Assembly (NCBI GenBank): GCA_038087875.1
Contig: CM075997.1
Coordinates: 682,001 to 746,000, forward strand
DNA from: Malacoraja senta
Lineage: Eukaryota
DNA: 64,000 nt
Direction: 5' to 3'
The notes under the pieces: generated by a model
The model's database searches: none
Told to the model about the DNA's origin: nothing
What the model saw: only the letters and a program-made list of their open reading frames with translations
Shown here: positions 12,996 through 25,286 of the stretch, piece after piece
Layout of the letters: every line of letters begins with the position of its first letter
Position numbering within the stretch: position 1 is the stretch's first letter
Position numbers and translations under genes: made by a program

Positions 12996-13285
12996 TAGGT
13001 AGACAAAAATGCTGGAGAAACTCAGCGGGTGCGGCAGCATCTATGGAACAAAGGGAATAGGCAACGTTTCGGGCCAAAATCCTTCTTCAGACTTTCGGGC
13101 CAAAACCCTTCTTGCGATCAGTCTGAAGAAGGGTTTTGGCCCGAAACGTTGCCATCAGTCTGAAGAAGGGTTTCGGCCCGAAACGTTGCCTATTTCCTTC
13201 GCTCCATAGATGCTGCTGCACCCGCTGAGTTTCTCCAGCATTTTTGTCTACCTTCGATTTTCCAGCATCTGCAGTTCCCTCTTAA
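12996..13285 (+). mobile_element. Fold-back Penelope mini-element with tandem hammerhead cores
   Basis: Inverted arms; TSD-like ACAA(T/A)GATAGCTG at 12983-12995 and 13286-13298; + cores at 13123-13150 and 13160-13187; - core at 13063-13090. Confidence 0.85.
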
Positions 13286-13400
13286 ACAAAGATAGCTGAG
13301 TTTAGTTTAGTTTAGACACACAGCATGGAAACAGGCCCTTCAGCCCACTGAGTTCATGCCAACCACCAATCTCTGTTCGTACTCGTTCTATATTATCCCA

Positions 13401-14465
13401 GTGGAGTGGCGGCGCTGCCTCGTCAGCTGCGGCTCGCCTGCAGTCCGTCTGTTTTTTATTTTTTGTTGTTGTTTTCTTGTCCTGTTTTAGCTAGTTAATT
13501 TGAGTTATTAGGTTGTGTATGTATGTGTGGGGTGGGGTGGGAGCAACGCGTTTTAGTCTCTTCCTTCGGGGGAATGCGACTTTTCTTGTCGTTTCCCCGT
13601 CTCCTTCTCAGTCTGCGCTGAGGACCTAATGGCGGAGCTGGCGGCCTCCAACTGCGACCGACCTCGAGGCTCCGGAGGCAGAGCCAGCCAGGACTTACCA
13701 GCGCGAGGCTGGCCGACTTTGGGTTTGTGGCGGGTTGTGGCGACCCGACTCGGGGTTGTGGCGACCCGACTCGGGGTTGTGGCGGCGTTCCGGCGGCGGC
13801 CCGACTCGGGGCTGTGGCGGGATGTGGCGGCCCGACTCGGGGCTGTGGCGGCGTTCCGGCGGCGGCGGCGGCGGCGGCGGCCCGACTCGGGGCTGAGGTG
13901 GCGTTCCGGCGGCGGCCCGACTCGCGGTTGTGGCGGCGTTCCGGCGGCGGCGGCGGCCCGACTCGCGGTTGTGGCGGCGTTCCGGCGGCGGCGGCGGCCC
14001 GACTCGGGTTGTGGCGGCGTTCCGGCGGCGGCGGCGGCCCGACTTCGGAGGTTCCGGCCGCGGGCCCAGTTGACGATATCGTCGGGAGCTCGCAGGTCAC
14101 AGGTTGGTGACCTGTTTTTCCAGAGCTCCCGCGGCAACAGCTTCGTCCGCCGGAACTGGAGGGCGGCAGCTTCGACTACCCCGGGCCGCGGAGATTGAAC
14201 CGGCCCGTTCGCGGAGCATGGTTGGGCCGCGGGACTGACTTACCATCACCTGGTGGGGGTCACAATATCGGAGGGAGAACAAGGAGGGAAGAGACAAAGA
14301 CTTAAGATTTTTGCCTTCCATCACAGTGAGGAGGTGTCTGGTGAACTCACTGTGGTGGATGTAAAATTTGTGTTTATTGTGTGTTTTGTTATTTTATTGT
14401 ATGTATGACTGCAAGGCAACGAAATTTCGTTCAGACCGAAAGGTTTGAATGACAATAAAGTTTCC
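13401..14465 (+). mobile_element. GC-rich non-autonomous retroposon with a Rex1-type tail, inserted in an HE1 SINE
   Basis: The SINE is split at ttatccca|...|ctttctcacc. The 3' part matches 18025-18195. It ends in a TTCAGACC-GAAA hairpin followed by ACAATAAA. Confidence 0.6.
13725..14050. repeat. CpG-rich minisatellite with variable (GGC)n
   Basis: About 10 units of ggcccgactc(g/gc)ggttgtggcggcgttccggc. Confidence 0.9.
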
Positions 14466-15119
14466 ATGTTCCACGACTTTCTCACCCACTCCCTACACAC
14501 TTGGGGTCATTTCCAAAGGGCCAATTAACCCACAAACCTGTACAATCTTAGGGATGTGGAAGTAAATTGAAGCACACGGAGGAAACCCACGCGGTCACGG
14601 GGAGAACGTGCAAACTCCAAGCAGACAGTACCCGAGGTCAGGATCGAACCCAGGCCTCTGGTGCTGGTGTGAGGCAGCAGCTCTACCAGCTGAGCCACTG
14701 TGCCACCAATGTAAGAATGTGTCGAGCAAGACATCAAGTCAGGTATGTTCTTATCGAACAACACAATGGCGTCAAGGGGCTAAAGGGCCTCTTCATAAGT
14801 TCATAAGTTATACCATTCGGCCCATTGTGTCTGTTCTACCATTCAATCATGGCTGATCTATCTTTCCCTCTCAACCCCATTCTCCTGCCTTCTCCCCGTA
14901 ACCTCTTGCACAGATCCTGCTACTTATACTTATTTTTGCACTGCTAACAATTACTTAGCGCTAACCAATTTAATTTGCAAAAAATCTCAAGCTGCTTCAC
15001 GGAGTACTGGACAAAATATATCGCAGTGAGGTATTAAAGCAGGTGACTAAAAGTGTGGGGAGGGAGGAAAGCTGTGAGGAACGTCTTAAATCGATGTTGC
15101 TCCTTAAGGGAGCTGTGCT

Positions 15120-15290
15120 TTGCAATCCAATTTGAAAACAATTACTGGTTTGTTCCCACATTAATCCCAATTTGCTGCTGACAATGTTCAGGTTTATTTT
15201 CAACTCACTCTGGGTCATTTTTAATCCCTTCAGAGGAGGATTTATGGGTAAGGGTTTGCAAGTGCCATATGGCGGTTCTGACCACTAACC
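15120..15290. promoter_or_regulatory. Candidate enhancer (Otx/Crx + Maf half-site + E-box)
   Basis: TAATCC 15162 and 15222, TGCTGAC 15176, GCCATATGGC 15264-15273. Confidence 0.4.
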
Positions 15291-15489
15291 TGGCCATGAT
15301 TTGACTCCTGGTTTAAACCTGTATCTCCAGTAACTTATTAAAATCGCTGGGGCTTCAGGAACTGGGCCACAGGCTCTGGGTTACCTCGGAGATGTGTCCC
15401 CGAATGACCTCTCGGGCTGGTGTGTGGTTATCCCGTTGCCAGGGGCGAGACCAGGCCAGGCACCGGTTGGAGCCTGCGGCCTAACCTTG

Positions 15490-15601
15490 GTGAACAACTG
15501 GTCACCACGACAACCGGTCGGCGTACAACCAGTCGCCGTGACAACCGGTCGCCGTGACAACCCACCGCCGTGACAACCGGTCATCGTGACAACCGGCCAC
15601 C
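15490..15601. repeat. Short tandem repeat, ~16-bp unit
   Basis: About 7 units of gtgacaaccggtcgcc. Confidence 0.8.
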
Positions 15602-16126
15602 ATCGTCCTGACAGTACTGGGCACTTGCTGTGCATGACAGTGACCATAGGTTGATTTTGGGCCCAATTCATTACACATAGAACAATACCTCATTGGAGAC
15701 CCTCGGACCATCTTTGATCAGACTTCACTGTACACCTTTATCATGTACAGCATCTGTACACTGTAAATGGATCGATTGTAATCATGTATTGTCTTTCCGC
15801 TGACTGGTGAGTCTGGGGAATTCTCTGCCTCAGAGGGCGGTGGAGGCCGGTTCTCTGGATGCTTTCAAGAGAGAGCTAGATAGGGCTCTGAAAAATAGCG
15901 GAGTCAGGGGATATGGGTAGAAGGCAGGAACGGGGTACTGATTGGGGATGATCAGCCATTGAATGGCGGTACTGGCTCAAAGGGCCGAATGGCCTACTCC
16001 TGCACCTATTGTCTATTGTCTATTGCAACAAAAGCTTTTCACTGTACCTCGGTACATGTGACAATAAACTAAAGTCAAATGGAACTCAGTGCAGCATAAG
16101 GACAGTCCCTTCGGCCCACAATGTCT

Positions 16127-16264
16127 ACTCTTCTCGCCTATGGCGTGCACAGCCTAAAGTTGTAGGACAACTTGTTCTATTTGATCTTATTTGATTGTCC
16201 ACGCCGGGTTGATTGCATTCGTCGAAACAGGGCGGACCAGGTGAAGGTTGCAATCTCCCACCCC
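16127..16264 (-). mobile_element. Second copy of the HDV-ribozyme retroposon
   Basis: Exact 8-bp duplication CAATGTCT at 16119-16126 and 16269-16276. The body aligns with 32735-32875. Confidence 0.8.
16211..16264 (-). ncRNA. Second copy of the minimal HDV-like ribozyme fold (L3 G>C variant)
   Basis: Minus strand reads GGGGTGG GA GATTGCA ACC TTCACCT GGT CCGCCCT GT TTCG A CGAA TGCAATC; all three stems are intact. Confidence 0.75.
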
Positions 16265-17182
16265 CCATCAATGTCTGTGATCATCATGAGGCAAATGCCA
16301 ACTCTTATCTGCCTGCACGTCATCCATATCCCTTCACTCTCTGCATATCAATCTGCCTATCTAAACGTCTCCTAAACGCCGCTATCGTATCTGCCTCTGC
16401 CACCATCCCAGGCAGCACATTCCAGGTAATCACCAACCTCTGTGTAAAAAACTTGCCCTGCTCATTTCCCTATAAGTATTTAAAAATTCTCTACCCTTTT
16501 GCCAAATCCTTTCTGATAAACCTCTTCAAACCGAACACCTTTTCAACTCCGCTTCTAGCTTTCAATTACTCCACCACCGACCTTCAGCTTCCTGGACTAC
16601 TATAGGCTGAGAATATCATTTAAACCGCAGGGTGGCACAGTGGCACAGCCTCACAGTGCCAGAGCCATGAGTTTTTTCCAGGTGCTCCAAGTTCTTCTCA
16701 CATGCAGGTTTGTGGGTTAATTGGCCCTCTGTAGTTCAGTTTACAGAACAGGCCCTTCGGCCTTCCAAGTCCATGCTGACCAACGGTCACCCATACACTC
16801 GTTCTATGTTACCCAATTTCACATCCTACACACACTTGGGTCAATTTACAGAAGCCAATTAACCTACAAACCTGCACCCCCTTGAAATGTGTGAGGAAAC
16901 CGGAGCACAGGAAGAACGTACAGACCCCATACAGTCAGAGCCTGTGGTCAGTATTGCACGCAGGTCTCTGGCGCAGCAAGGCAGCAACTCTACCGCTGTG
17001 CCACAGTGCCATAAATTGCCTCTAGTGTGTAGAGAGTGGCTGTGAAAGTGAGATAATAGACAATAGGTGCTGGAGTAGGCCATTTGGCCCTTCGAGCCAG
17101 CACCGCCATTCAATGTGATCATGGCTGATCATCCACAATCAGTACCCCGTTCCTGCCTTCTCCCGCTATCTTTAAGAGCTAA

Positions 17183-17528
17183 AGGGCCTGTCCCACTTAC
17201 ACGACCTTTACAGGCAACTGCCGGCACCCGTGATAGGTCGACGAAATTTTCAACATGTTGAAAATTCAGCGGCAACCAGAAAGACGCTACGACTCTTTGG
17301 AGACCTCTCATGACCATAGGAGACCTCTCACTACCATACAGGCGACCCCTGGTGACATGTCGCGGGTGACCTCTCATGACCATAGGAGACCTCTCACGAC
17401 CATAGAGCCTGTGTGGTCGTGAGAGGTCTCCTATGGTCGTGAGAGGTCTCCAAAGACCTCGAAATTTCAGCGACCTATCACGGGTGCCGGCAGTTGCCTG
17501 TAAAGGTCGCGTAAGTGGGACAGGCCCT
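17183..17528. mobile_element. PIF/Harbinger-type MITE with long (~60 bp) inverted ends
   Basis: AGGGCCTGTCCCACTTAC ... GTAAGTGGGACAGGCCCT; TAA on the left flank; splits a CR1 fragment. Confidence 0.8.
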
Positions 17529-18729
17529 GAACTTTCTCTTGAAAGCATCCAGATAATCGGCCTCCACCGCCCTCTGAGGCAGAGAATTCCACAGATTCAC
17601 AACTCTCTGGGCGAAAAAGTTTTTCCTCATTTCCGTTCTAAATGGCCTACCCCTTATTCTTTAACTGTGGCCCCTGGTTCTGGATTCCCCCAACATCAGG
17701 AACCTGCCTCTAGCGTGGATAAACATAGAACTAGTGTGAACGGGCGATCGATAGTCGGCGTGCACTCGGTGGGCTGAATGACCGGTTTCCAATTCCTGTA
17801 GAGATACTACATGGAATGCTACTTGTGTCCCTCAGAGAGAGAGACACAAGTACCATCATACGAGAGCAGAGCATTAAATATATTTAATTGAAAAGGGTCT
17901 CGACCCTAAACGTCGCCCATTCCTTCTCTCCAGAGATGCTGCCTGTCCCGCTGAGTTACTCCAGCATTTTGTGTCTACCTTCGGTGTAAACCAGCATCTG
18001 CAGTTCTTTCCTATACATTAAATACAGAGACTTTAAGACTTTGCCTCCATCACAGTGAGGAGGTGCCTGGTGAACTCACTGTGGTGGATGTTAATTTGTG
18101 TTTATTGTGTGTTTTGTTATTTATTATTATATGTATGACTGCAGGCAACGAAATTTCGTTCAGACCGAAAGGTCTGAATGACAATAAAGGAATCTAAGTC
18201 TAAATATATGAATTCAGGTCTTCGTCATTTTTTTAAGCCTCCGTGAGCCTAATTAGGGCATCCCCTCTGCAAAAACCCAGGCATTTTTTAGTAAGCAGTC
18301 CACCCTTAATAACAAACAGCACTGGAAGAAAAACATATGCTTTGTGCTTTAGTAAATCCTCTTAAGAACTGGGACCCACGTCTACAGAACGCCGTTCACC
18401 ACTGAGCTCTCTCGTGCTTCATTAGTCTTGCGGGCTGTTCTGGGTCTTAAAAAAGCCAGCGCCTTGGTGTGTCGGGAAACAGCTTTGGGTCCACATGCGA
18501 GTCTCTCCACAACCCCGACAACAAATCCCTAGCTTGCTTAACTGACCCCAGGATTAAAGTTGTCAGCCTTGAGATGAAATTGATTGTGAAACATGTTGTG
18601 TGTCGCTTTCGACGACACACAACATGTGCCCTCCGTCGACAAGATCCAGATAGAACAGCGGAGAGGGGCTGAATGGCCTGCCGTTTTTTGTTGTTGTTGC
18701 CTTTCCAAAGCAGAAACATTTTCCCAAGG

Positions 18730-18908
18730 TAGAAAAAAATGCTGGAGAAACTCAGCGGGTGAGGCAGCATCTATGGAGCGAAGGAATAGGTGACGTTTCG
18801 GGTCGAGACGTCACCTATTCCTTCGCTCCATATATGCTGCCTCACCCGCTGAGTTCCTCCAGCATCTTTGTCTACCTTCGATTTTTCCAGCATCTGCAGT
18901 TCCTTCTT
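18730..18908 (+). mobile_element. Fold-back Penelope mini-element
   Basis: Inverted arms turning at the hammerhead stem II; 16-bp duplication with one mismatch at 18714-18729 / 18909-18924. Confidence 0.85.
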
Positions 18909-19244
18909 AAACATTTTTCCAAGGCACTTTGTAAGAGAGTAAACAAACACATTTAAATAGTTAAATCAAAGGACACAAAGTGCTAGAGTAACTCAGGCTG
19001 GATCCCAGGAGAACATTGATAGGTGGCGTTTTGGGTTGGGACGCTTCTTCAGAACACTGAACCCTATCCCCACACTAGCACTATCCGACACACGCACACT
19101 AGGGACAATTTACAATTTTACTGAAACCAATTAACCTACAAGCCTGCACGTCTTTGGAGTGTGGGAGTAAACCGAAGATCTCGGAGAAAACACACGCAGG
19201 TCACGGGGAGAAGGTACAAACTCCGTACAGACCGCCCCCGTAGT

Positions 19245-19732
19245 CAATAGACAATAGACAATAGACAATAGGTGCAGGAGTAGGCCATTCGGCCCTTCGA
19301 GCCAGCACCGCCATTCAATGTGATCATGGCTGATCATCCCCAATCAGTACCCCGTTCTTGCCTTCTCCCCATATCCCCTGACTCCGCTATTTTTAAGAGC
19401 CCTATCTAGCTCTCTCTTGAAAGTATCCAGAGAACCGGCCTCCACCGCCCTCTGAGGCAGAGAATTCCACAGACTCACCACTCTCTGTGAGAAAAAGTGT
19501 TTCCTCGTCTCCGTTCTAAATGGCTTACTCCTTATTCTTAAACTGTGTGGCCCCTGGGTCTGGACTCCCCCAACATCGGGAACATGTTTCCTGCCTCTAG
19601 CGTGTCCAAGCCCTTAACAATCTTATATTTTTAAATGAGATCTCCTCTCATCCTTCTAAACTCCAGAGTGTACAAGCCCAGCTGCTCCATTCTCTCAGCA
19701 TATGATAGTCCCGCCATCCCGGCAATTAACCT
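19245..19732 (-). mobile_element. CR1 LINE 3' fragment inside an HE1 SINE
   Basis: CR1 tail and ORF end; SINE sequence continues on both sides. Confidence 0.85.
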
Positions 19733-22700
19733 TGTAGTCGGGATCGAACCCGGGTCTCTGGCGCTGTGAGACAGCAACAAAGCCTCTGACTGTACCTCGG
19801 TACACGTGGCAATAATAAACCTAAATGTAAATGTCTGTACCCAGCCTCTAACATGGTTGTGTGTTGAGAGTGATTGCTGGGGAGGGTTATTGACCACATG
19901 TCGCATTGGATAGACTTGCATTCCACTCTGTTATCATTGCTTGCTCGCTGAATAGAGATGTGTGTTTTGAAGTCAGGGGGCAACTTGACCCATATCAACT
20001 ATCAAACAAAAAGGATTAGGATAAATCTACCACAAATCCTGGGATTCTCAAAACAAACTGAACATGAGACTTTCAACACCGTCTCCACCTCTGCCCTCCA
20101 TTTTATGGGTCCCACCGGCTTGGTGTTTCTTCATGGAGGTCATTTGCAAGCAGGGCAAGGCTTTAGTCCCCGACTGTGCTGCCTTATCCCGTCCTTCCTC
20201 AAGTCTAAAGTAGATGTACAGAGCAAGTTTTATTGCCAAGAGAGTGGTGGGTGCCTGGAACGTGCTGTCGGGGTTGGTGGTGCAGGCAGGTGCATTAGTG
20301 ACATTTAGGAGGCTTTTAGATAGGCACGTGTATATGCTGGGGTTAGAGGGATATGGGTCGTGTGTGGTACTGTAGATGGAAGTAGTTTATTTTGGAATTA
20401 TGTTCAGGATATATGTTGTGGGTCGAAGGGCCTGTTCCTGCGCTGTACTTTTCTGTGTTCTACGTTGTCGTGAGGTGGTTCGATCCTGACCGCGGGTGCT
20501 GTCTGTATGAAGTTTGTACGTTCTCCCTGTGACCGCGTGGGTTTTCTCCGGGTGCTCCGGTTTTACTCCCAGACCCCAAAGACGTGCAGGTTTGTAGGTT
20601 AATTGGCTTTTGTAAATTGTCCCTAGTGTGTAGGATAGAACAAGCGTATAGGTGATCACTGGTCGGTGCGGGCTCAGTGGGCCGAAGGATCTGTTTCCAT
20701 GCTGTATCTCTAAAAACTAAAGACTGCCCCATTGTGGACGTTGGACCTTGTCTATGGAACTGGTGCGGTACAATGCTGAGAACTATATTCTGCACTCTGT
20801 AACTTCCCCCTTTGCCCTAACCATAGTCATAGTGTCATACAGCATGGAAACAGACCCTTTAGCTCAACAAGTCAATGGAGGCACAAGGAACTGCAGATGC
20901 TGGAATCTTGAGCAGTGCTGGAGGAACTCAATGAATCGGGCAGAATCTGTGGAGGACATGCATAGGCAACGTTTCAGGTCGGGATGTTTCTTCAGATATA
21001 ATTTAGTTTCCAGAGAGGCTGGATGTTGAATACCAGACGTTTGTATAAAGACCATCCACCATCATGAGTAGGAAGGAATCTGAAGAAGGGTCTCGACCCG
21101 AAACGTCACCCGTTCCTTCTCTCCAGGGATGCTGCCTGTCCCGCTGAGTTACTCCAGCTTTTTGTGTCTGTCCACCCATCATGAAGTGCTCCAAGAGGCT
21201 GGTTATGGCACAGATTAAATCCAGCCTATCAGGCAACCTTGATTTTCATTGCGAAGGATCTAGCTGATGGTATTGCTGCGGTCCCCTCACTTACCCTGTC
21301 AGCCGGTGGTAGGAATGTGGTCACTGCTAATGGATAGGGCAGAGAAGCGGTCTTCTTATATACTGAACAAAGGCCAAGGCACTTGCATCCTATGCAAGGC
21401 TGGGTGCTGTGGGTTGTCGCTAATCCGACCTCAACACCTGCCTGCGCTGTAAGCCGATTCACCAGGTCGGCCTGCTCATTGTGCCATCGATGACCATTTG
21501 GGAACATTGTCCCTTTGTGTGTCAGTTGTGGCTCCGTGGCCAACTCTAGATTACAGAGCCCTGGGCCGTGGGCTCAAGTTGCCGAGATCGCACGTCCTCC
21601 CTGCCGACCGCTTGGGTTTTCTCCGGGTGCTTCGGTCTCCACCCACACCCCAAAGACGTGCGGGTTGCTAGATTAGTGTGCAGGAAGGAACTGCAGAGGG
21701 ATACATCTCAAGAGGAACTGGCTATGGAGTCATAGAGTGATACAGCGTGGAAACAGGCCCTTTGACCCAACTTGCCCAAATCGGCCAACATGCCCCACCT
21801 ACACTAGTCCCACCTGCCTGCGTTTGGCCCATATCCCTACAAACCTGTCCTATCCATGTACCTGCCTAAATGTTTGTTAAACGTTGCGATAGTCCCAGCC
21901 TCAACTACCTCCTCTGGCACCTCGTTCCATACACCCGCCACCGTTTGCGTGAAAAAAGGGGAGAAAGCAGGAACGGGGTACTGATTGTGGATGGTACACA
22001 AAAATGCTGGAGAAACTCAGCGGGTGCAGCAGCATCTATGGAGCGAAGGAAATAGGCAACGTTTCGGGCCGAAACCCTTCTTCAGACAGTTCCTTCGATT
22101 TTCCAGCATCTGCAGTTCCTTTTTTAACTCTTTAATACTGATTGGGGATGATCAGCCATGATCACATTGAATGGCGGTGCTGGTTCGAAGGGCCGAATGG
22201 CCTACTCCTGCACCTATTGTCTATTGTCTGTTGTCTGTCTTAATAAGTAAACATTGCAACTGCGATGTACACAGATTACCTCCATGCACATTATATAGCA
22301 CAGGCAATAATCAGCAGCTGATTATCACTCGGTAAGCCTACATTGGCTGTGTTAGAGACCTTGATTTATCAGTGTGCATGTTATTCAGTGTCACCATCTG
22401 TCGCAGCGGCTAACAAATTAACCTGAAATTAATAAAATGCCCTGCACTGCCTCTGCTTGCTGCCTTGTAAGCATAATTAAATAATAATCATAATACTTGG
22501 ATCATGTCAAAACGCTTCCTAAATTGAATTACATGTGGCAATCAGCAAATGTTGCAGCTAATGTTCACCCACGGATAATTATCAAACAGCTCGGGATGAA
22601 TAGACATTTAATCTCTTTTATCTGAGTGTGGACTGGTGGTCAGAAAAACTCTCCTGGTTTTTCACACAGAGCGCAACAGTCTTTTAACCTCCAGGGCGGT

Positions 22701-23061
22701 CAGGTGGGATTGGAGCCTCAGATATCATCCCTGGAATAAGATCAGGAAACGCAGGAAACATTCAGCAGGTCAGGCAACATGGATGTCGTCAAGGACGAGT
22801 CGCAGGCCCTCCTCTCCCATCGGGCAAGAGGCACACAAGTGTGAAAACGCACACCTCCAGATTCGGGGTAGACAAAAAATGCTGGAGAAACTCAGCGGGT
22901 GAGGCAGCATCTATGGAGCGAAGGAAATAGGCGACGTTTCGGGTCGATCTCAATACACATTTTACAGATTCTTGTGCCTATTTACAGAAGCCAATTAACC
23001 TACAAGCCCGCACGTCATTGGAGTGTGGGACGAAACCGGAGCACCCGGAGAAAACAGTGGT

Positions 23062-23488
23062 CAATAGACAATAGACAACAGGTGCAGGAGTAGGCCATTC
23101 AGCCCTTCGAGCCAGCACCGCCATTCAATGTGATCATGGCTGATCATCCCCAATCAGTACCCCGTTCCTGCCTTCTCCCCATATCCCCTGACTCCGCTAT
23201 TTTAAGAGCCCTATCTAGCTCTCTCTTGAAAGCATCCAGAGGTACCTGCCTCCACCGCCCTCTGAGGCAGAGAATTCCACAGACTCACCACTCTCTGTGA
23301 GAAAAAGTGTTTCCTCGTCTCCCTTCTGAATGGCTTACCCCTTATTCTTAAACTGTGTGCCCCTGGTTCTGGACTCCCCCAACATCGGGAACATGTTTCC
23401 TGCCTCCAGCGTGTCCAAACCCTTAACAATCTTATATGTTTCAATGAGATACCCTCTCATCCTTCTAAACTCCAGAGTGTACAAGCCC
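23062..23488 (-). mobile_element. CR1 LINE 3' fragment
   Basis: Same subfamily as 19245-19732. Confidence 0.85.
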
Positions 23489-24439
23489 AAACCCCGTAGT
23501 CAGGATCGAACAAAGGGCCCTAGTGTCCAATTTCCACAGGTTCCCCGAGTGTGAGCGGTTGTTTATGCCAACATTACTAGATGGGGCAATTCTGCTTGTC
23601 AGTGGTCTTGACATCAAGCATTCTCTGGTCGGGCAAGTTACCGATCCAGGTGCAGAGCCAGCCATTGTTTGACCTGACAGCACAACTCATGACAAACTCA
23701 ATTATGAGACGGAGAACACATTGAGCCCAAAAATAAAACGGTGCTAAATGCAACCCGAAACTGCCAAACCACTCGAGTGCAATTAGCGCATGGTCTTACA
23801 AAAGAGAAGGATACCACAATGGGAAGAACTTTCATTTACGGAGATAGAAACAGAAAGCTGGAGTAAGTCTTTAAGAAGGAACTGCAGATGCTGGAAAATC
23901 GAAGGTAGACAAAAATGCTGGAGAAACTCAGCGGGTGCGGCAGCATCTATGGAGCGAAGGAAATAGGCAACGTTTCGGGCCAAAACCCTTCTTCAGACCC
24001 GAAATGTCACCTATTCCTTCACTCCATAGACCCGAAACGTCTGAAGAAGGGTCTCGACCCGAAATGTCACCTATTCCTTCACTCCATAGATGCTGCCTCA
24101 CCCGCTGAGTTTCTCCAGCATTTTTAAAAATCTATATAGAGGTCCTTGTCATTTTCCTGTTCAATAGAAAAATGTCCAGATTTACAATTGTGTTCTGATG
24201 TAGGGACACAGTCTGAAGAAGGGTTTCGGCCCGAAACGTTGCCTATTTCCTTCGCTCCATAGATGCTGCCGCACCCGCTGAGTTTCTCCAGCACTTTTGT
24301 CTATCTGGAGTAAGTCGGTGGGTCAGACAGCATCTCTGGAGAAAAGGAATAGGTGACGATTTGGGTCGAGACACTTGGAGCCAATTTAAAGTGGAAGAGT
24401 TTCCCAAGTTGTGCTTCAGACAAAATGTGCTCCTCGAGT

Positions 24440-24732
24440 TTAGACTTTAGAGATGCAGCGAGTAAACAGGCCCTTCGGCCCACCGGGTCTGCAACGACCA
24501 GCAATCACCCCGTACCCTAGCACTATCCTACACACACTAGGGACAACTGACAATTTGTACCACAGCCAAGTTACCTACAAACCTGTACGTCTTTGGAGTG
24601 TGGGAGGAGACTGGAGCACCCGGAGAAAACCCACGAGGTCGCGGGGAGAACATACAAACTCCGTACCCATGGTCAGGATTGAACCCGGGTCTCTGGCGCT
24701 GTGAGGCAGCAGCTCTACCCGCTGCGCCACCC
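24440..24732 (-). mobile_element. HE1-type V-SINE
   Basis: Same tripartite structure. Confidence 0.8.
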
Positions 24733-24850
24733 TTACAGTTAATGGTCATAAGTTTGGTTCAGGAGGAATGTTTTATGAGGTTCCGAAAGGAGGAGAGAGT
24801 TGGAGAGGGTTACGGACGCCACAGCCAATTAAGGCAAATGATGGTTTAAT

Positions 24851-25286
24851 TAACCCTGTGTAATGTTCCCAGTGCGGTACAAGGCAGTGGTTCCGCATTG
24901 GAGAAGGCAAGTTCAGAACAATACACGGCTGCCTTGTCTGCCCACAGGTGGCATCATCGGAAAGAGCAACAGCAGTTCTCCCCAGTAAGCAGTGAATATT
25001 TACCCCTGACGTTCCCTCTCTCTCTACCCCTCCCCCACCCAAGTCGCACCAGCTTCTCGTTCTCACCCAACAAACAGCTAACAATGGCCTGTTTCCTTTA
25101 TCATCATTACTTTTTTGCATATCGTTCATTCATTGTTCTTTATCTCTCTACATCATCGTCTATATCTCTCTTTCCCTTATCCCTAACCAGTCTGAAGAGG
25201 GTCTTTCTCGACCACGAAACGTCACCCGTTCTTTCTCTCCAGAGATGCTGTGTCCCGCTGAGTGACTCCAGCTTTTTGTGTCTATC
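24851..25286 (+). mobile_element. Copy of the ~430-bp Penelope-derived element
   Basis: Colinear similarity with 44520-44950. Confidence 0.75.

Noticed and set aside
13401..13450. Possible HDV-like ribozyme at the 5' end of the GC-rich retroposon (CTG-CCTCGT-CAG)
   Set aside because: The loop is 6 nt and no matching P1 or P2 strands could be found.
13495..14198. Four overlapping 127-201 aa ORFs
   Set aside because: By-products of a GC-rich minisatellite with no stop codons; low-complexity translations in several frames.
24940..24956. CTCF-like word cccacaggtggca
   Set aside because: Two core mismatches, and it lies inside a repeat.
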